From the NCBI RefSeq assembly GCF_006345805.1, contig NC_043002.1, forward strand, positions 90,830,001-90,894,000: 64,000 bases of DNA, given 5' to 3'. Positions 1 through 11,506 of this stretch are shown one piece after another (positions within the stretch are counted from its first letter, which is position 1; every line of letters begins with the position of its first letter). This DNA is from Octopus sinensis (lineage: Eukaryota). The notes under the pieces are model-generated. The model was not told the DNA's origin and did no database searches. It worked only from the letters and a program-made list of their open reading frames with translations. The position numbers and the translations under genes were made by a program.

Positions 1-257
1 CAGTTGAGGGATCGCGAGTTCGAATCTCAGACCAAACGATGTGTATGTTTATGAGTGAAAACACCTAAGCTCCACATGACTCCGGCAGAAGGTAATGGCA
101 AACTTCTGCTGACTCTTTCACCACAACTTTCTCTCACTCTTTCCTCCTGTGTCTTGCAGCTCACCTGCGACAGACCAGCGTCCCGTCCAGGTGGGGAACC
201 TATATGCCAAGAAACCAGGAAACCGGCCCTTATGAGCCAGGCATGGCTCGAGAAGGA
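1..257 (+). mobile_element. tRNA-derived SINE: family D head with a different 3' body, cut by the window edge
   Basis: B-box gagttcgaatc, then gaaaacacctaagctccac...ctttcaccacaactttctctcac shared with 1471-1783. The sequence diverges after about nt 145. Confidence 0.65.
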
Positions 258-258
258 A

Positions 259-582
259 CAAACATTGTATCCTCGGGAAGATCTTCAAACATCTCCTTGA
301 TTTTGGCTACCACCATCTCAATCTTGGTGTTGCAGGCACAGTAATCCCTGGGATTACAATTGAAGGAATTAAGAGACCAGAAATTGGGGCAGGTGAAGTC
401 AAAGAAATTCTCCAACAACCATTTCCATTTCTTTCTGGAGGTATGGCATAGAGCCAAATTCTGCTACCATACATATGGTCTGGCAGTAGCAAGTGTCTCC
501 AGCCAGAGATTGATCACCGTCCCCAGCAGCTTCACATAGCTGTCTGAATTGAGTCTTAGGCCCTGTTCAAAGATGTGGGGAT
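259..582 (-). pseudogene. DD37D (maT/Bmmar1-like) Tc1/mariner transposase remnant
   Basis: Minus strand reads PHIFEQGLRLNSDSYVKLLGTVINLWLETLATARPYVW*QNLALCHTSRKKWKWLLENFFDFTCPNFWSLNSFNCNPRDY. There are 37 residues between the decayed QQD position and the D of the decayed WPPNSPDCNPLDY motif. Confidence 0.75.
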
Positions 583-1030
583 GAATCCCAGCATGCAGGC
601 ACAGTCAGAATGCCTGCTGTGTCCCTTCTTGCTGGCCATGGCTTTGTAGTCTTCATTGCAGCTGTCCGTGTCACATAATACAGCTTCTACAATATTCACA
701 GAGCATAGAGCAGCAGCTATGATACTAGCACTTTAATACCCAATGCAAATCATTATGATGATACAGGTAACTCTTTCCCAAAATTCAGATGGCTTCCAGT
801 CCTCCATGTCACCTAACTTTTTCTCAACTACAACTTATAATCTTTATGCTCTCCAATGCTGTTCTCTGTTCACCAGTATATCAAGCTGTTCCTGAAAAAA
901 GGAGACATAAAAAAATCAAACTTAGCATGAACAGCCTGTATATTATAAATTGCTGAATATGTATATATACATGTACACCTATACATATATATATATATAT
1001 TATATATATATATATATTCTCTCTCTCTCT

Positions 1031-1231
1031 CATTTACTTGTTTCAGTCATTTGATTGCGGTCATGCTGGAGCACTACCTTTTAGTCGAGCAAATCGACCC
1101 CGGGACTTATTCTTTGTAAGCCCAGTACTCATCAGTCTCTTTTGCCGAACCGCTAAGTGACGGGGACGTAAACACACCAGCATCGGTTGTCAAGCAATGC
1201 TAGAGGGACAAACACAGACACACAAACACAT

Positions 1232-1266
<35 letters not shown>

Positions 1267-1431
1267 CATATATACGACAGGCTTCTTTCAGTTTCCATCA
1301 ACCAAATCCACTCACAAGGCATTGGTCGGCCCGGGGCTATAGTAGAAGACACTTGCCCAAGATACCACGCAGTGGGACTGAGCCCGGAACCATGTGGTTG
1401 GTTAGCAAGCTACTTACCACACAGCCACTCC
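1031..1431 (-). mobile_element. tRNA-derived SINE family A
   Basis: About 400 bp with an internal (CA)n(TA)n. Head ggagtggctgtgtggtaag...gttccgggctcagtccc carries A/B-box-like motifs. Highly similar copies at 11507, 15540, 29025, 38343, 50910 and 63051. Confidence 0.85.
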
Positions 1432-1469
<38 letters not shown>

Positions 1470-1470
1470 A

Positions 1471-1779
1471 TGTGGAGGCGCAATGGCCGAGTGGTTAGGG
1501 CAGCAGACTCGCGGTCGCAGAATCGCGGTTTCGATTCCCAGACCGCGCGTTGTGTGTGTTTATTGAGCGAAAACACCTGAAGCTCCACGAGGCTCCGGCA
1601 GGGGATGCTGGCAGTCCCTGCTGTACTCTTTCACCACAACTTTCTCTCACACTTTCTTCTGTTGGCCTGCTTCCTTAGCCAGTGGGGTGGCGTCATTTGA
1701 AGGCTAAAACAATGCAAAGCGCATTGTGACCAGCGATGTGTAGCAACATCTGATAGTCTGGTCGATCACGGTGATCATG

Positions 1780-1783
<4 letters not shown>
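1471..1783 (+). mobile_element. tRNA-derived SINE family D in (TA)n
   Basis: A-box tggccgagtgg and B-box gtttcgattcc. Second copy at 44632-44942. Confidence 0.85.
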
Positions 1784-1819
<36 letters not shown>

Positions 1820-1823
<4 letters not shown>

Positions 1824-3098
1824 GTTGGTGCATAATTATTGTGGCTTTTTACAACAAATATTATTCAACAAAAACAATAACAATATTTAACAAAAACATC
1901 ATTAAACGACAATCGACTTTTTTTCATAAAAATGTGTATCAAAAATCATATCCACATTCGCCATATTATGCCCTACCAATTCGAGAAAGGTTGAACTGCA
2001 GCACAGTCATTTCGCGATCTCAATGAACTTTTTGGTGAAGGAACAATCAGCAAAAGCCAAGCTGAAAGATGGTTCAGGAAGTTCAAAGCAGGAGATACAA
2101 AACTTGCAGATGAAAAAGAAAGAGGTCAACTATCAAAGTTCAACAACCAGGCAGTTTTGGCAGCTGTGGAAGAAGATGAAAGTTTGACAACAAGAATGTT
2201 GGCCAAAGACTTCAATGTGGACCATTCGACCATTGTTCATCGTCTCAAAAAGCTCGGAAAAATATGGAAATTGGGTGAGTCCCCTACGAACTCTCCAATA
2301 ACAACAAAGCCAAACATGTCCGAATTTTCACAGATTTGCTGCAGTGAAATGAGAAAACTTCATTCCCCAAGAATCTCATCACTGAGGATGAATCATGGCT
2401 TCTCTTCAAAAATGTCAAAAGAAAGAAGATTTGCATTTCGCCAGGTGTTTCACCCAAAGGAATACCAAAAGGCATCCACTGTAAGAAGGCAATGTGGTGT
2501 GTTTGGTGGGACAGAAGCAGAATCATTCACTGGAAAATAATCTCAAACGGGATTTGTCATAGGTGGAATGATGACAATGAGCATCAACATCGGCAGATTC
2601 CAGACAAAAACGGCAAGCAGCAATTAAATATCAAAAGCAATGTTTATCTAGCTCAACTTGACCACAAGATGAAAAGACCATGCAAAAAGAACCATATCAT
2701 CTTCCACCATGATAATGCACATCCACATGTTGAGCATCATGTCATCAAATCTATCAACAATAAGGGCCAGGAGATGCTTCCTCATATGCCATATTCTCCC
2801 ACAGAAGCACTTATGGACTACCATGTCAATCGATCGCTGATAAATTGGCTCGCGAACAAAGTTTCCGAAGACTTGGATGACTTGGTGGCTGCCATCAAAG
2901 AGTGGATTGCCTCTAAGAACAGTAACTTCTTCACCCGTGCAATCAACCCTCTGCCAAGCAAATGGGAAGCAGTAATTGAAGTAGACGGTGAATATGCTCC
3001 GGAATAATCATTTAAAGATGTTTTTGTTACATGTTTTTATTGTTTTTGTTGAATAAAATTTGTTGAAAAAAAGCCGCAATAATTATGCACCGACCCAA
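1820..3098 (+). mobile_element. Full-length defective mariner (DD34D) DNA transposon
   Basis: TIRs ttgggttggtgcataattattgtggctttt / aaaagccgcaataattatgcaccgacccaa, TA flanks, 1279 bp. Broken transposase from ATG 1932 to 3007 with an HTH (ERWFRKFKAG..LADE) and HHDNA...YSPTEALMDYH at 34-residue spacing. It has a stop and frameshifts. Confidence 0.95.
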
Positions 3099-3162
3099 TA
3101 TATATATGTATATATATATATATATATTTACATATGAAGTAAAAGCCTCTCTAGTATAATAA

Positions 3163-3756
3163 ATATTGTAAAATACATATACTAATGTATATGCTTTGTG
3201 TATTTTTTGGTGGCTGCAACGGCATAGTGGAGTATATAGCTCTCATGTTGCCAGTGTTAAAACACCTGAGAGCCATGGAGAGATTAGATAACTCACACTC
3301 AATCCCATTTAGGAGTGATGGACATCAATGTTTCGCCATTTGTGCGGCTTATCAACACCACCTAACAACCTGGGTAGGTGTGCCAACTAGCTAGTCGAAT
3401 GAATAATATGCTTATGGCTTGTAAAATCATAAGCTGGTATACCTGGAAATTGCGTACCTAAGTAAATTTTCTCTTAGGTATGCAATTTCCAGACATACCA
3501 GCTCATGATTTTACAAGCCATAAGTATATTATTCATTCGACTATCAGAGGTTGTTAGGTGGTGTTGATAAACAACAAAAATGGTGAAGTATGGATGTCCA
3601 TCACTCTCAAATGGGATTGATGGTGAGTTATCTCACCTGTTCACAGCTCTAAGGTGTTCTAACACTGGTGCCATGAGAGTTATATACTCTGCTACACCAT
3701 TGCAGCCACCAGAAAATACACAAAGCATATACATTAGTATATGTATTTAACAATAT
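3163..3756. repeat. 594-bp foldback (long inverted repeat)
   Basis: 3163-3462 is the reverse complement of 3473-3756 at high but imperfect identity. The loop is 10 nt (taaattttct), and the left arm has an extra ~20 nt near 3372-3392. Confidence 0.9.
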
Positions 3757-3778
3757 ATATATATATATATTGAAAACC

Positions 3779-3839
3779 GGTGATTTCCGTATGCTGAAGA
3801 CAGGCAAATACCTAGAAACTACAGTCCGTGAGTATCACT
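3779..3839 (+). ncRNA. Candidate type I hammerhead ribozyme
   Basis: Core CUGAAGA (3794-3800). Stem II AGG/CCU. GAAA (3815-3818). Stem III ACU-ac-AGU. GUC cleavage triplet (3824-3826). Stem I UAUG/CGUG extended by GGUGAU/AUCACU. Confidence 0.6.
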
Positions 3840-4304
3840 TAGGTTTACGAGAGAGGGATGACCTCCCTTTGCAAATACCATAAGGGCACAGAAAGTGTGC
3901 CTAAAGCCAGCTGGAGGCGATGATCTCCTGGGGCTGAAAGCTACAGTAACACCCACCCTTAGTGGTTAGCCATATTGAGATGGCTAGTATACTTCACGTT
4001 AAATATATACATATATTTATATATATATATATATACACACACACATATTAATTGAAGTGTACAGTATTAAATACCTGTTATGGTCAAGTTTACAATCAGT
4101 TTTGTTCTAGGTGTTCAAAAGAGTGTTAGATAACAGTCCAATTATGTAACCCTGTTACCTAACACTCTGCTGAACCCCTAGTGTGAAACCAATTGGTAAG
4201 GTTGGCCATAATGGATATATAATAATGTACACTTCGATTAATATATTCACTCTACTGACAGATATACAAGTGCATTTTTCCCGACTTATAGATTCTTAGA
4301 CACC

Positions 4305-4336
<32 letters not shown>

Positions 4337-5109
4337 TACCCATTTATGCAAGAGTCTTTGAAACAACTATGAGATAAGTTGAACATAGGTGGCTGGAATC
4401 TTTTGAACTGTGAGTATATGGACAGTTGTTAAAGGTTAATGGAATTGAAAAGAAAAGCAAGTAGAAGAACTAAGAATTGACTGATGAAAACTGGCAACTG
4501 CTGTCTTAAGTTTGGAATTTAGAAGAGAATGAAAAAGCATGTGGTATGGCTTCTACAGCATTACTTGAGCTAGACAATAGATTTCTTAATGTTTTACTCT
4601 TACTGTCTCTGGAAAGCACTGCAACTGTCGGAGACTTATTTGAATTATTTGATGTAAACAAAAGTTATTTAGACACGAACAGAAAGAAACATCAAACCAT
4701 AAAAAGGAAAAAAAAAAAGAAAAGATTTGTGTTAAATATTTCTTTAAGAAAGACAACATAGACTAACCAGACCAAGTAAAATCTTGGTTTTTCTCTCTAA
4801 GCTGTCATCTTCCTTACCATCTTCAACATTTACATACTTATTCCACCCTTCTCTATTAAATCATACTGCAACAACATAAGCTGCTTCACCCATATGTACA
4901 GCCAGTTCAGAGAAGGTACTGGTCTGATCTGAGACCTTATGGTAAAACTAAAACGACTACAGTATGGATGATACATAATCTTAATCCTAGTTCCTCCCAT
5001 ACTGTTGACCCACATGTTAAGTAATAATCCTAGCTTTGAGTTTGCTCATATGCATCTTCCCAGGCGCTGTTAAGTTGATTCAGATCTTCTTTGGAGATAG
5101 CACTCCATA

Positions 5110-5615
5110 TCTATATATATAAAACTCTAGTTGTGTGAGTGTCTGTCCCCTTCGATTTAGATTCCTAACTCCTCCCACATTTTGCGGTGCAGTTTAACCA
5201 AATTCGGGTATCTTATAGTCGTGATTCATATCGAGCCCGTCTGACTATTAGCGCGCGTCAACGATGAGTCTACGATTTAAAAAATAATTTAACATCATTT
5301 TTTATTCCATTTTAATGCATAAAATGCATCGTATGTCGATGGCGGCGGAGTTGGCATCCACGCTCACAGCTGCACCTGTTTGCTTCTCCCCCTTCCCTCC
5401 CTCGTGAAGCTGTGGGGAAGGGAGTGTAAAGAAATCAACGTCGTAATGCGTTGTGAAGGAAACCAGCGTTCTTTTAGAACAACGACTTCATGGCTTGAAG
5501 ACACCAAAACAAAAATGGCTAAGAAAGCCCGAATTTATAAGGGAAGTAACTCTCTAAAAATGCTTATATAGTTATTTCCCTTACAAACCCGAGCAACGCC
5601 GGGCGATACTGCTAG
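5110..5615 (+). mobile_element. Non-autonomous Helitron family 1
   Basis: A|TCtatatatataaaac...cccgagcaacgccggg hairpin...CTAG|T. Inserted in AT with no TSD. Four more family members in the window. Confidence 0.85.
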
Positions 5616-6262
5616 TTTTCTATACAATAAAAACAAGAAAATTGCTGCAAGCTGCATGATAGTGGTGTCAGACGTGGTATACAGACCATCATATAACTTG
5701 TTTGATATTTCCGTTTTTATTCTTTTCTTCTGTTTTTGACGAATTCAGTGTGCACATGCACATTGCATGTTCATACTTCTTTTTCTGGTTCCTACTCAAA
5801 ACTGTTTGCAGATCTCAACCACCTCCCAAATGCAGGTTCATGAGGAGTGCTTTGTGCTTTGATGGTTGTGAAAAATATTTCCATGTACTGAAATCAACTT
5901 TAACAACCTCCACCTAAGACAATGTAGACTGTTGTAAAGATGTCATGTGTCACAGAAATAGGGACCAACACAAGGATTCAAGCAAGAATCTAAGAGTAAT
6001 GGGAGTCTCTTTTATCCTTAATTCACATATGCTGTCTACATAAAGAATTTAAGGTGTGACATTTGTCAGTAGAACTTCATATTATTCCCATTACACTCAA
6101 CTTGTGCTAAACAAAAACTATAGAAGGTATATAACAGTCACATGACCTATTCTTAAATATGTAAACACTGTTGGTGGCCCAGTTATTATTTCAGATAAAG
6201 AATTAAATCCCTGCTCTGTATGGTTGTGAATCAAAATATAACACCACTAGACAATAAGAAAG

Positions 6263-6671
6263 GGATCTTTTCGGTTTGAACAGCAGTTTTTTCTAGCGTT
6301 GTCATATGAAATTGTCACCCATAATTATGACCTTAGTATCGATCTATTGCATTTCAATCTATTTTAGGGTTAGGGTTTGTTAGGGTTAGGGTTAGGGTAT
6401 CTTTTTTTCTTCACACATTATAAATAAACCCAATCTGTTTCTTAAACAAGGGACATATTCATACAGCACAGAATGTTTTTTTTACCTCAACAGACGTCAG
6501 TGATTGGTTGAAATTGCAGAAATGGAAGAAAAAAACAACAAATATCTTACAAACTATAGAATTTTCTCAATAAAGCCAAGAGAAAAAGATGTTCTACCAA
6601 TATACGAAGTTTAAAATGTTTTAGTTACCTAGAAATTATGTTAAAAACTGCCGTTCAAACCGAAAAGATCC
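6263..6671. mobile_element. MITE with GG-starting TIRs and an 8-bp TSD (Merlin-like), carrying TTAGGG repeats
   Basis: TIR ggatcttttcggtttgaacagcagttttt / aaaaactgccgttcaaaccgaaaagatcc. Perfect TSD taagaaag at 6255-6262 and 6672-6679. Superfamily assignment is inference. Confidence 0.8.
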
Positions 6672-7879
6672 TAAGAAAGCCTATACAATGTTGCTGGACT
6701 TGTGAGAAACAGTAACCAAATCTATTTCAAACCACACCCTACTGTCTTGGGAAATGAAGGATACTTTAAAAAATGTAGGCCTAAGTTATGCCATGTTTTA
6801 AAATAAGGCAGTGTTGCTGTGGTTGGAATGCCTTTAATCATTGGTTTATTTGATCAGGGATGACTTGATGGTTAAACACCACCAACAACTTAATCTTCCC
6901 ACAAATTGAAGTCACACAAGACATATATATTAACTTGCAGAAACGAAAAGAGAAAGCTCTGTGCAAGATATATCAGCTGGAACCAAAGCATACACTCTTG
7001 TATAAAAATTGCATCAGCTAGTCACAAAACTTACATTATTGTACAGAACTCACATCAGCTAGATACAAAATATACACTCTTGTACAGACATCAGCTGGAC
7101 ACTAGTATGTTAGTATAAGTTTACCAAAACAACTCTTCTCTATCGTGATGTTATCATTATTATTATGCTTATAACAATTTTGTGCATTTCATGTGCTTCA
7201 TGTGATTGCATCTATTTAAGGTAGGTAGTAATTCAATGTAAACAGCAGGGTTATTTTGGTTGGATAAAAAATGTCTGAATGTAAAAGATCACATATGACT
7301 GTCGACATGACAATACTTAGATCATAGCTATGTTACATAACCCTACTTAACCAGGAAATTTCTCCATTATGCACACAGGATTCTCATATGACATCTTTTG
7401 AATCAATTACATTTCAGCACACTTACAGCTAGAAATATGCTGAATTATTGTAATAGTGCTGGCATTAGGAGACAAAATATTGGTACAGAATCTGTGCAAC
7501 AGTTACTTTGAAAGTGTATTGTTGAAGAAATCAATGTCTTTTTTTTTTATGCTGACATAAAACTTGAGGCTTATAAAGGTAGAGAAATTAGATGCATGTT
7601 TAGATTTTCTAGGTCTGCAGGAAAGGAATTGAGTCTATGATTTTTGCAGACTTCTCTTCAAGACTTGGGAGATCAATGCATTAATGTTCACAGTTTTCCT
7701 AAGAGGATTAGCCATATAAATGAAGCAGTTCTAACCAGAATAAAAACAGCTACTGCCACAAATTGGACATTTGCATAATTAACGATTTAGCTCTATATCT
7801 AATTGTACATCCTTCTGTATAGTCAGGTAGTAAGGTGATAAAAATCCCTTGCTGGTAACCAGAGAGGGAGGCTGTCCAC

Positions 7880-8500
7880 ACAACTGATACACTGCTGTGG
7901 GCACCACTGGATAATAGACTCTAGTAAGGATATTATTTTCTGATCCATAAATCCACATTTTCTGATCCATGGTGCCAGCCTTTGCATGCTTGAGACACTG
8001 TGACTTCAGTGCCTAGTTTTGCCCATGTCTTCTATGGTGTGCTGCACTGGATTCTCTAGTGCATGGGTTGCTGCTGCTACAAAACTTGGTGTAGTAGTCT
8101 TTTGGTGCTCATCTTGCAGATGTGGCCAAACCATTATAGCCTGCACTGCCAGACATAGTCTTCAATGGTCAGCTGCTGCTGGCATTGTTCTTGGATGTTG
8201 TTGAGTGAGATTCAGTTGCATTGGGACATATCAAAGATTTGACAAAGACACTGCATTTGAGACACTTCAGTCATGTCCAGGCCCTGCTTGAGGATGGATC
8301 AGGTCTCAGCACTGGAGGAGAACAGGCAGAACTAATGTGTAGAAAATACAGATCTCAGTCCTTAGGGAGATGTTGGGCTTCTTCAAGACACACCATTGAA
8401 GAGATGTGAACACAAAGTCACAGACCTGATTCGACAGTTGATCCCTGTTGTTGATGTCACTTCCTTCTCTGCAACCAGTGGGCCAAGATATTGGAATTCC
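7880..8500 (-). mobile_element. Decayed RTE-type LINE, RT C-terminal fragment
   Basis: Minus strand gives FQYLG...KKPNISLRTEICIFYTLVLPVLL..ETW...QMQCL, the post-RT motif of RTE LINEs, with many lesions. Confidence 0.6.
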
Positions 8501-8663
8501 CATATCTGATTGTGTACTAGTGTACATCCTAAAATATAGAACTAAGGTTTGAATTCTTTCATCAATCAGAAACTGTTCAATTTGTCAGAATTAGAAGAGA
8601 AAAAATAAAAATATAAAAAGACAAAAACATAAAGTAAAATTACTGAACAATCTTCTTTTCCAG

Positions 8664-8776
8664 ATTCAATCTATTGGAAGAACCTGAAGATGTTACATAC
8701 AAAAGAACCAATCACATCTCCTCTTACAACACTGCCATCTGAAGAACTCCAGCAAAAAGGCGTGGAACTGTTTAAG
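8664..8776 (+). CDS. PLEKHH1/2: Coding exon of a PLEKHH1/2 (MAX-1)-like PH-MyTH4-FERM protein, start of the MyTH4 region
   Basis: Acceptor ttcttttccag|, donor |gttagt. 113 nt, phase 1 to 0. Translates xSIYWKNLKMLHTKEPITSPLTTLPSEELQQKGVELFK, matching the PLEKHH motif W..P.L.H.KE.I.SPLTTLPSE.LQ.EA.KLFK as I recall it. Not in the ORF track. Confidence 0.88.
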
Positions 8777-8837
8777 GTTAGTTTTCAACAAACAATATAA
8801 GTGTCACTTCATTGAATGTTGTGTGTGTGTATGTGTG

Positions 8838-9255
8838 TTCTTATTTCCTTACTGACCACAAGGGGCTAAACATAGAGGTGACAAACAAGGACAGACAAAC
8901 GGATTAAGTCGATTACTTCGACCCCAGTACATAACTGGTACTTAGTTTATTGACCCTGAAAGGATGAAAGGCAAAGTCAACCTCAACGGAATTTGAACTC
9001 AGAACGTAGTGGCAGACGAAATACCTATTTCTTTACTACCCACAAGGGGCTAAACACAGAGAGGAAAAACAAGGACAGACAAACGGATTAAGTCGTTTAT
9101 ATCGACCCTAGTGCATAACTGGTACATAATTTATCGACCCCAAAAGGATGAAAGGCAAAGTCGACCTCGGCGGAATTTGAACTCAGAACGTAACGGCAGA
9201 CGAAATATGGCTACGCATTTTGCCCGGCATGCTAACTTTTCTACCAGCTCACCAC
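8838..9255 (-). mobile_element. SINE family B, partial tandem dimer
   Basis: A full monomer (9255 to 9029) followed by a second ~190-bp monomer lacking the A-box end. Central motif gactttgcctttcatcctttyggggtcgataaa. Confidence 0.8.
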
Positions 9256-10459
9256 CTGTGTATGTGTTCTGTCATGTTGTAGCCAATGAGGTTTATTGGT
9301 TGGACAAGTTGTAGCACTATCTATGATAATTGATAATTGTTGTTGTTCTCATGAGTAAAACACAGACCTTGAGTAAACTGGTGATGGTTTATGTTAGCAG
9401 AAATTTCACGATGAAGTTTGTAAGTTTAGATAAATGTGTATCTGCGGTGACAAGAGCATTTTTGGTGTTTTTCCTTTAGCTGAGTGAAAGAGAATCAGTT
9501 TTTTTTTTTCTTGTAAAAAACAAATTTCCATCACTCAGAGAGACAACCCTAAGTTATCAATAGTTTCACTTCAGCCCATGACATTCAGGCCTATCTAAAC
9601 TCAAAAACTTCTTAGTTGTTATTGTTGTAGTTGAATTACTTCCAGTCAGATCTGTTCAACAAGTCTGAGTATATAATTTAACTAATTTTAATAGCTTTAT
9701 ATTTTGGGATATTATCATGTGAGATAATTCTTCTCTCCAGCAACTTTCTTATTTGGATTTAGGAAAATGTAATATTTATCCCTCACTTAGTCATGGATAT
9801 CTGTTAGAACAGGATATACTATGCTAGATCCCATGAGAGAAACTCTCATATTGACTTTTTAGTGGAAAATGAATTCTTGTTTATAACACGAGTGGAAAAA
9901 TAGATCCCTGTTACCTTCAGCACTGATCAGATGATGTTGACCTTCAATAGTCTTGTCAATGATGGATTCTTGAATGCCAGAAGAGGTGCTGGTGTCATGA
10001 TTAGCCAGTTAGCTTGTTAAAAAATATATATTAGTGACAGAAGCATTATTGATACTGAGAAGTAATATTTATTCCCACTTATATGTGGATGTTCTGTTAG
10101 AACAAGCTATACTGCGGCATATATCATGGGAGGAACTCTCATACTGGCTTTGTGGTGCAAAATGCACTCTTGGTTATATCGCCAGTGGGGAGATAAATCT
10201 CCACCATCTCCAGCACTGAAACCACCAGATCACATGATTTCAACCTTCCTTGGTCTTGTCAATGATGAATGCTTGACTGTTAGAGACAGCAGCAACTCAT
10301 CTCTCTACCAGTGATATATTGAATAATGGTGCTAAAACAAACACTTGTGTCATGATCAGCCAATGAACTTGTTAAAGAATATATATTAGCTACAGAGGCA
10401 GTATTAATACCGAGAGATAATATTTATCCCCACTTAAATGTGTATGTTGTGTTATAACA

Positions 10460-10913
10460 TGCATAAGATCTGGTCATCAAATCTAAGTAGAGACTTCAAA
10501 CTTGAAATCTTCAAAGCCACAGTCGAACCAATTCTACTATATGGTTCAGAAACCTGGACGTTATCAAAGAAGCTTGAGAGGCGGTTGGATGGAACCTACA
10601 CTCGCCTCCTTATGAGAGCTCAAAATCTCTCATGGAAGCGCCATCCAACCAAAATGCATCTCTTGTGAAAGGTAAGAGAGTCCAGTTTGCTGGACATTGT
10701 TGTAGAGCTGAAAAAGAGGTAATTTCTACTCTTCTCCTCTGGAAACCATCTACCCGCAATACCAGAGGGCGCACACTCTCCTACCCTGATGTAATCTCCA
10801 GGGATACAGGCATCCAGCAACAGGACCTCCATAATGCCATGATGGACTGTGAAGTCTGGTGTAGCATGGTAAATTCCATTGTCTCGACCACGGTCGTACA
10901 ATAATGATGATGA
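10460..10913 (+). mobile_element. 5'-truncated RTE/RTEX-type LINE 3' end with a 12-bp TSD
   Basis: KIWSSNLSRDFKLEIFKATVEPILLYGSETWTL...QFAGHC; (TGA)n tail. TSD tgtgttataaca at 10448-10459 and 10914-10925. Confidence 0.85.
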
Positions 10914-11072
10914 TGTGTTATAACAAACTTTACTGCAGTAGATACCAAGTAAAAAATATCTATTCCAGTGGAATAATTGATGACCACTATAAAATCAGAT
11001 ATCCAATACTGTTTCTTCATCATCATTGTCATCTTCATTAATTTCACATCAGCTTGTTACACTTGTTTCCTC

Positions 11073-11445
11073 TTAACAATACCTCTGAACACAGAGGTAT
11101 TGTTTTCAGTTGTGTTTGTTTGTTTGTTTGTTTGTCCGTGGGCAAGATATCTCAAGAACCGCTGAATGGATTTGAATGAAACTTTCAGAAATGTTTGTAC
11201 TTGTGACTGGCATGAACTGATTAGATTTTGTGATCGATCTGGTATCGGACAAGGATTCTGGATTATTTTTCCTGTTTGCTTTACTTAATTTTTGAGAGTG
11301 CTTGGGTTCATTTTTAGTATTCTTGTATGTGAGAGCAGTTGAGTTTATTTCAGATATTCTCATTTTGAAAATCATCTCTGGCTAATCGTTGAGAGGATGT
11401 TGGTGTTGCCTTGATCGTGGTTTGCGCTCTCTGAGATCTCTTGTT
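11073..11445 (+). mobile_element. DINE-1/HINE-like non-autonomous Helentron-type element
   Basis: 5' subterminal palindrome atacctctg-aaca-cagaggtat, then (TTTG)n, and a 3' end gtttgcgctctctgagatctcttgtt in a T-rich site. Confidence 0.55.
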
Positions 11446-11506
11446 TTTACAAAGCTATTTGTTACTTGGATCTGTAATACTGCGTAATATCCACACTTTC
11501 ACCATT

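Noticed and set aside
1474-1545. tRNA-like sequences at SINE heads
   Set aside because: They have A/B boxes but no complete cloverleaf and run directly into SINE bodies, so they are not tRNA genes.
4800-5920. Protein-like minus-strand frame that seems to continue across the Helitron (KIWSAISKEDLNQLNSAWEDAYEQ)
   Set aside because: It has several stops and no recognisable family. I cannot distinguish it from chance without a translated search.
6364-6398. TTAGGG repeats as a telomere or chromosome-fusion scar
   Set aside because: They are short and internal to a MITE present twice in the window.
7452-7511. NSAGIRRQNIGTESVQQLL, faintly like the PLEKHH segment expected upstream of the 8664 exon
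   Set aside because: An in-frame TGA follows at once, there is no suitable donor site, and the similarity is marginal.
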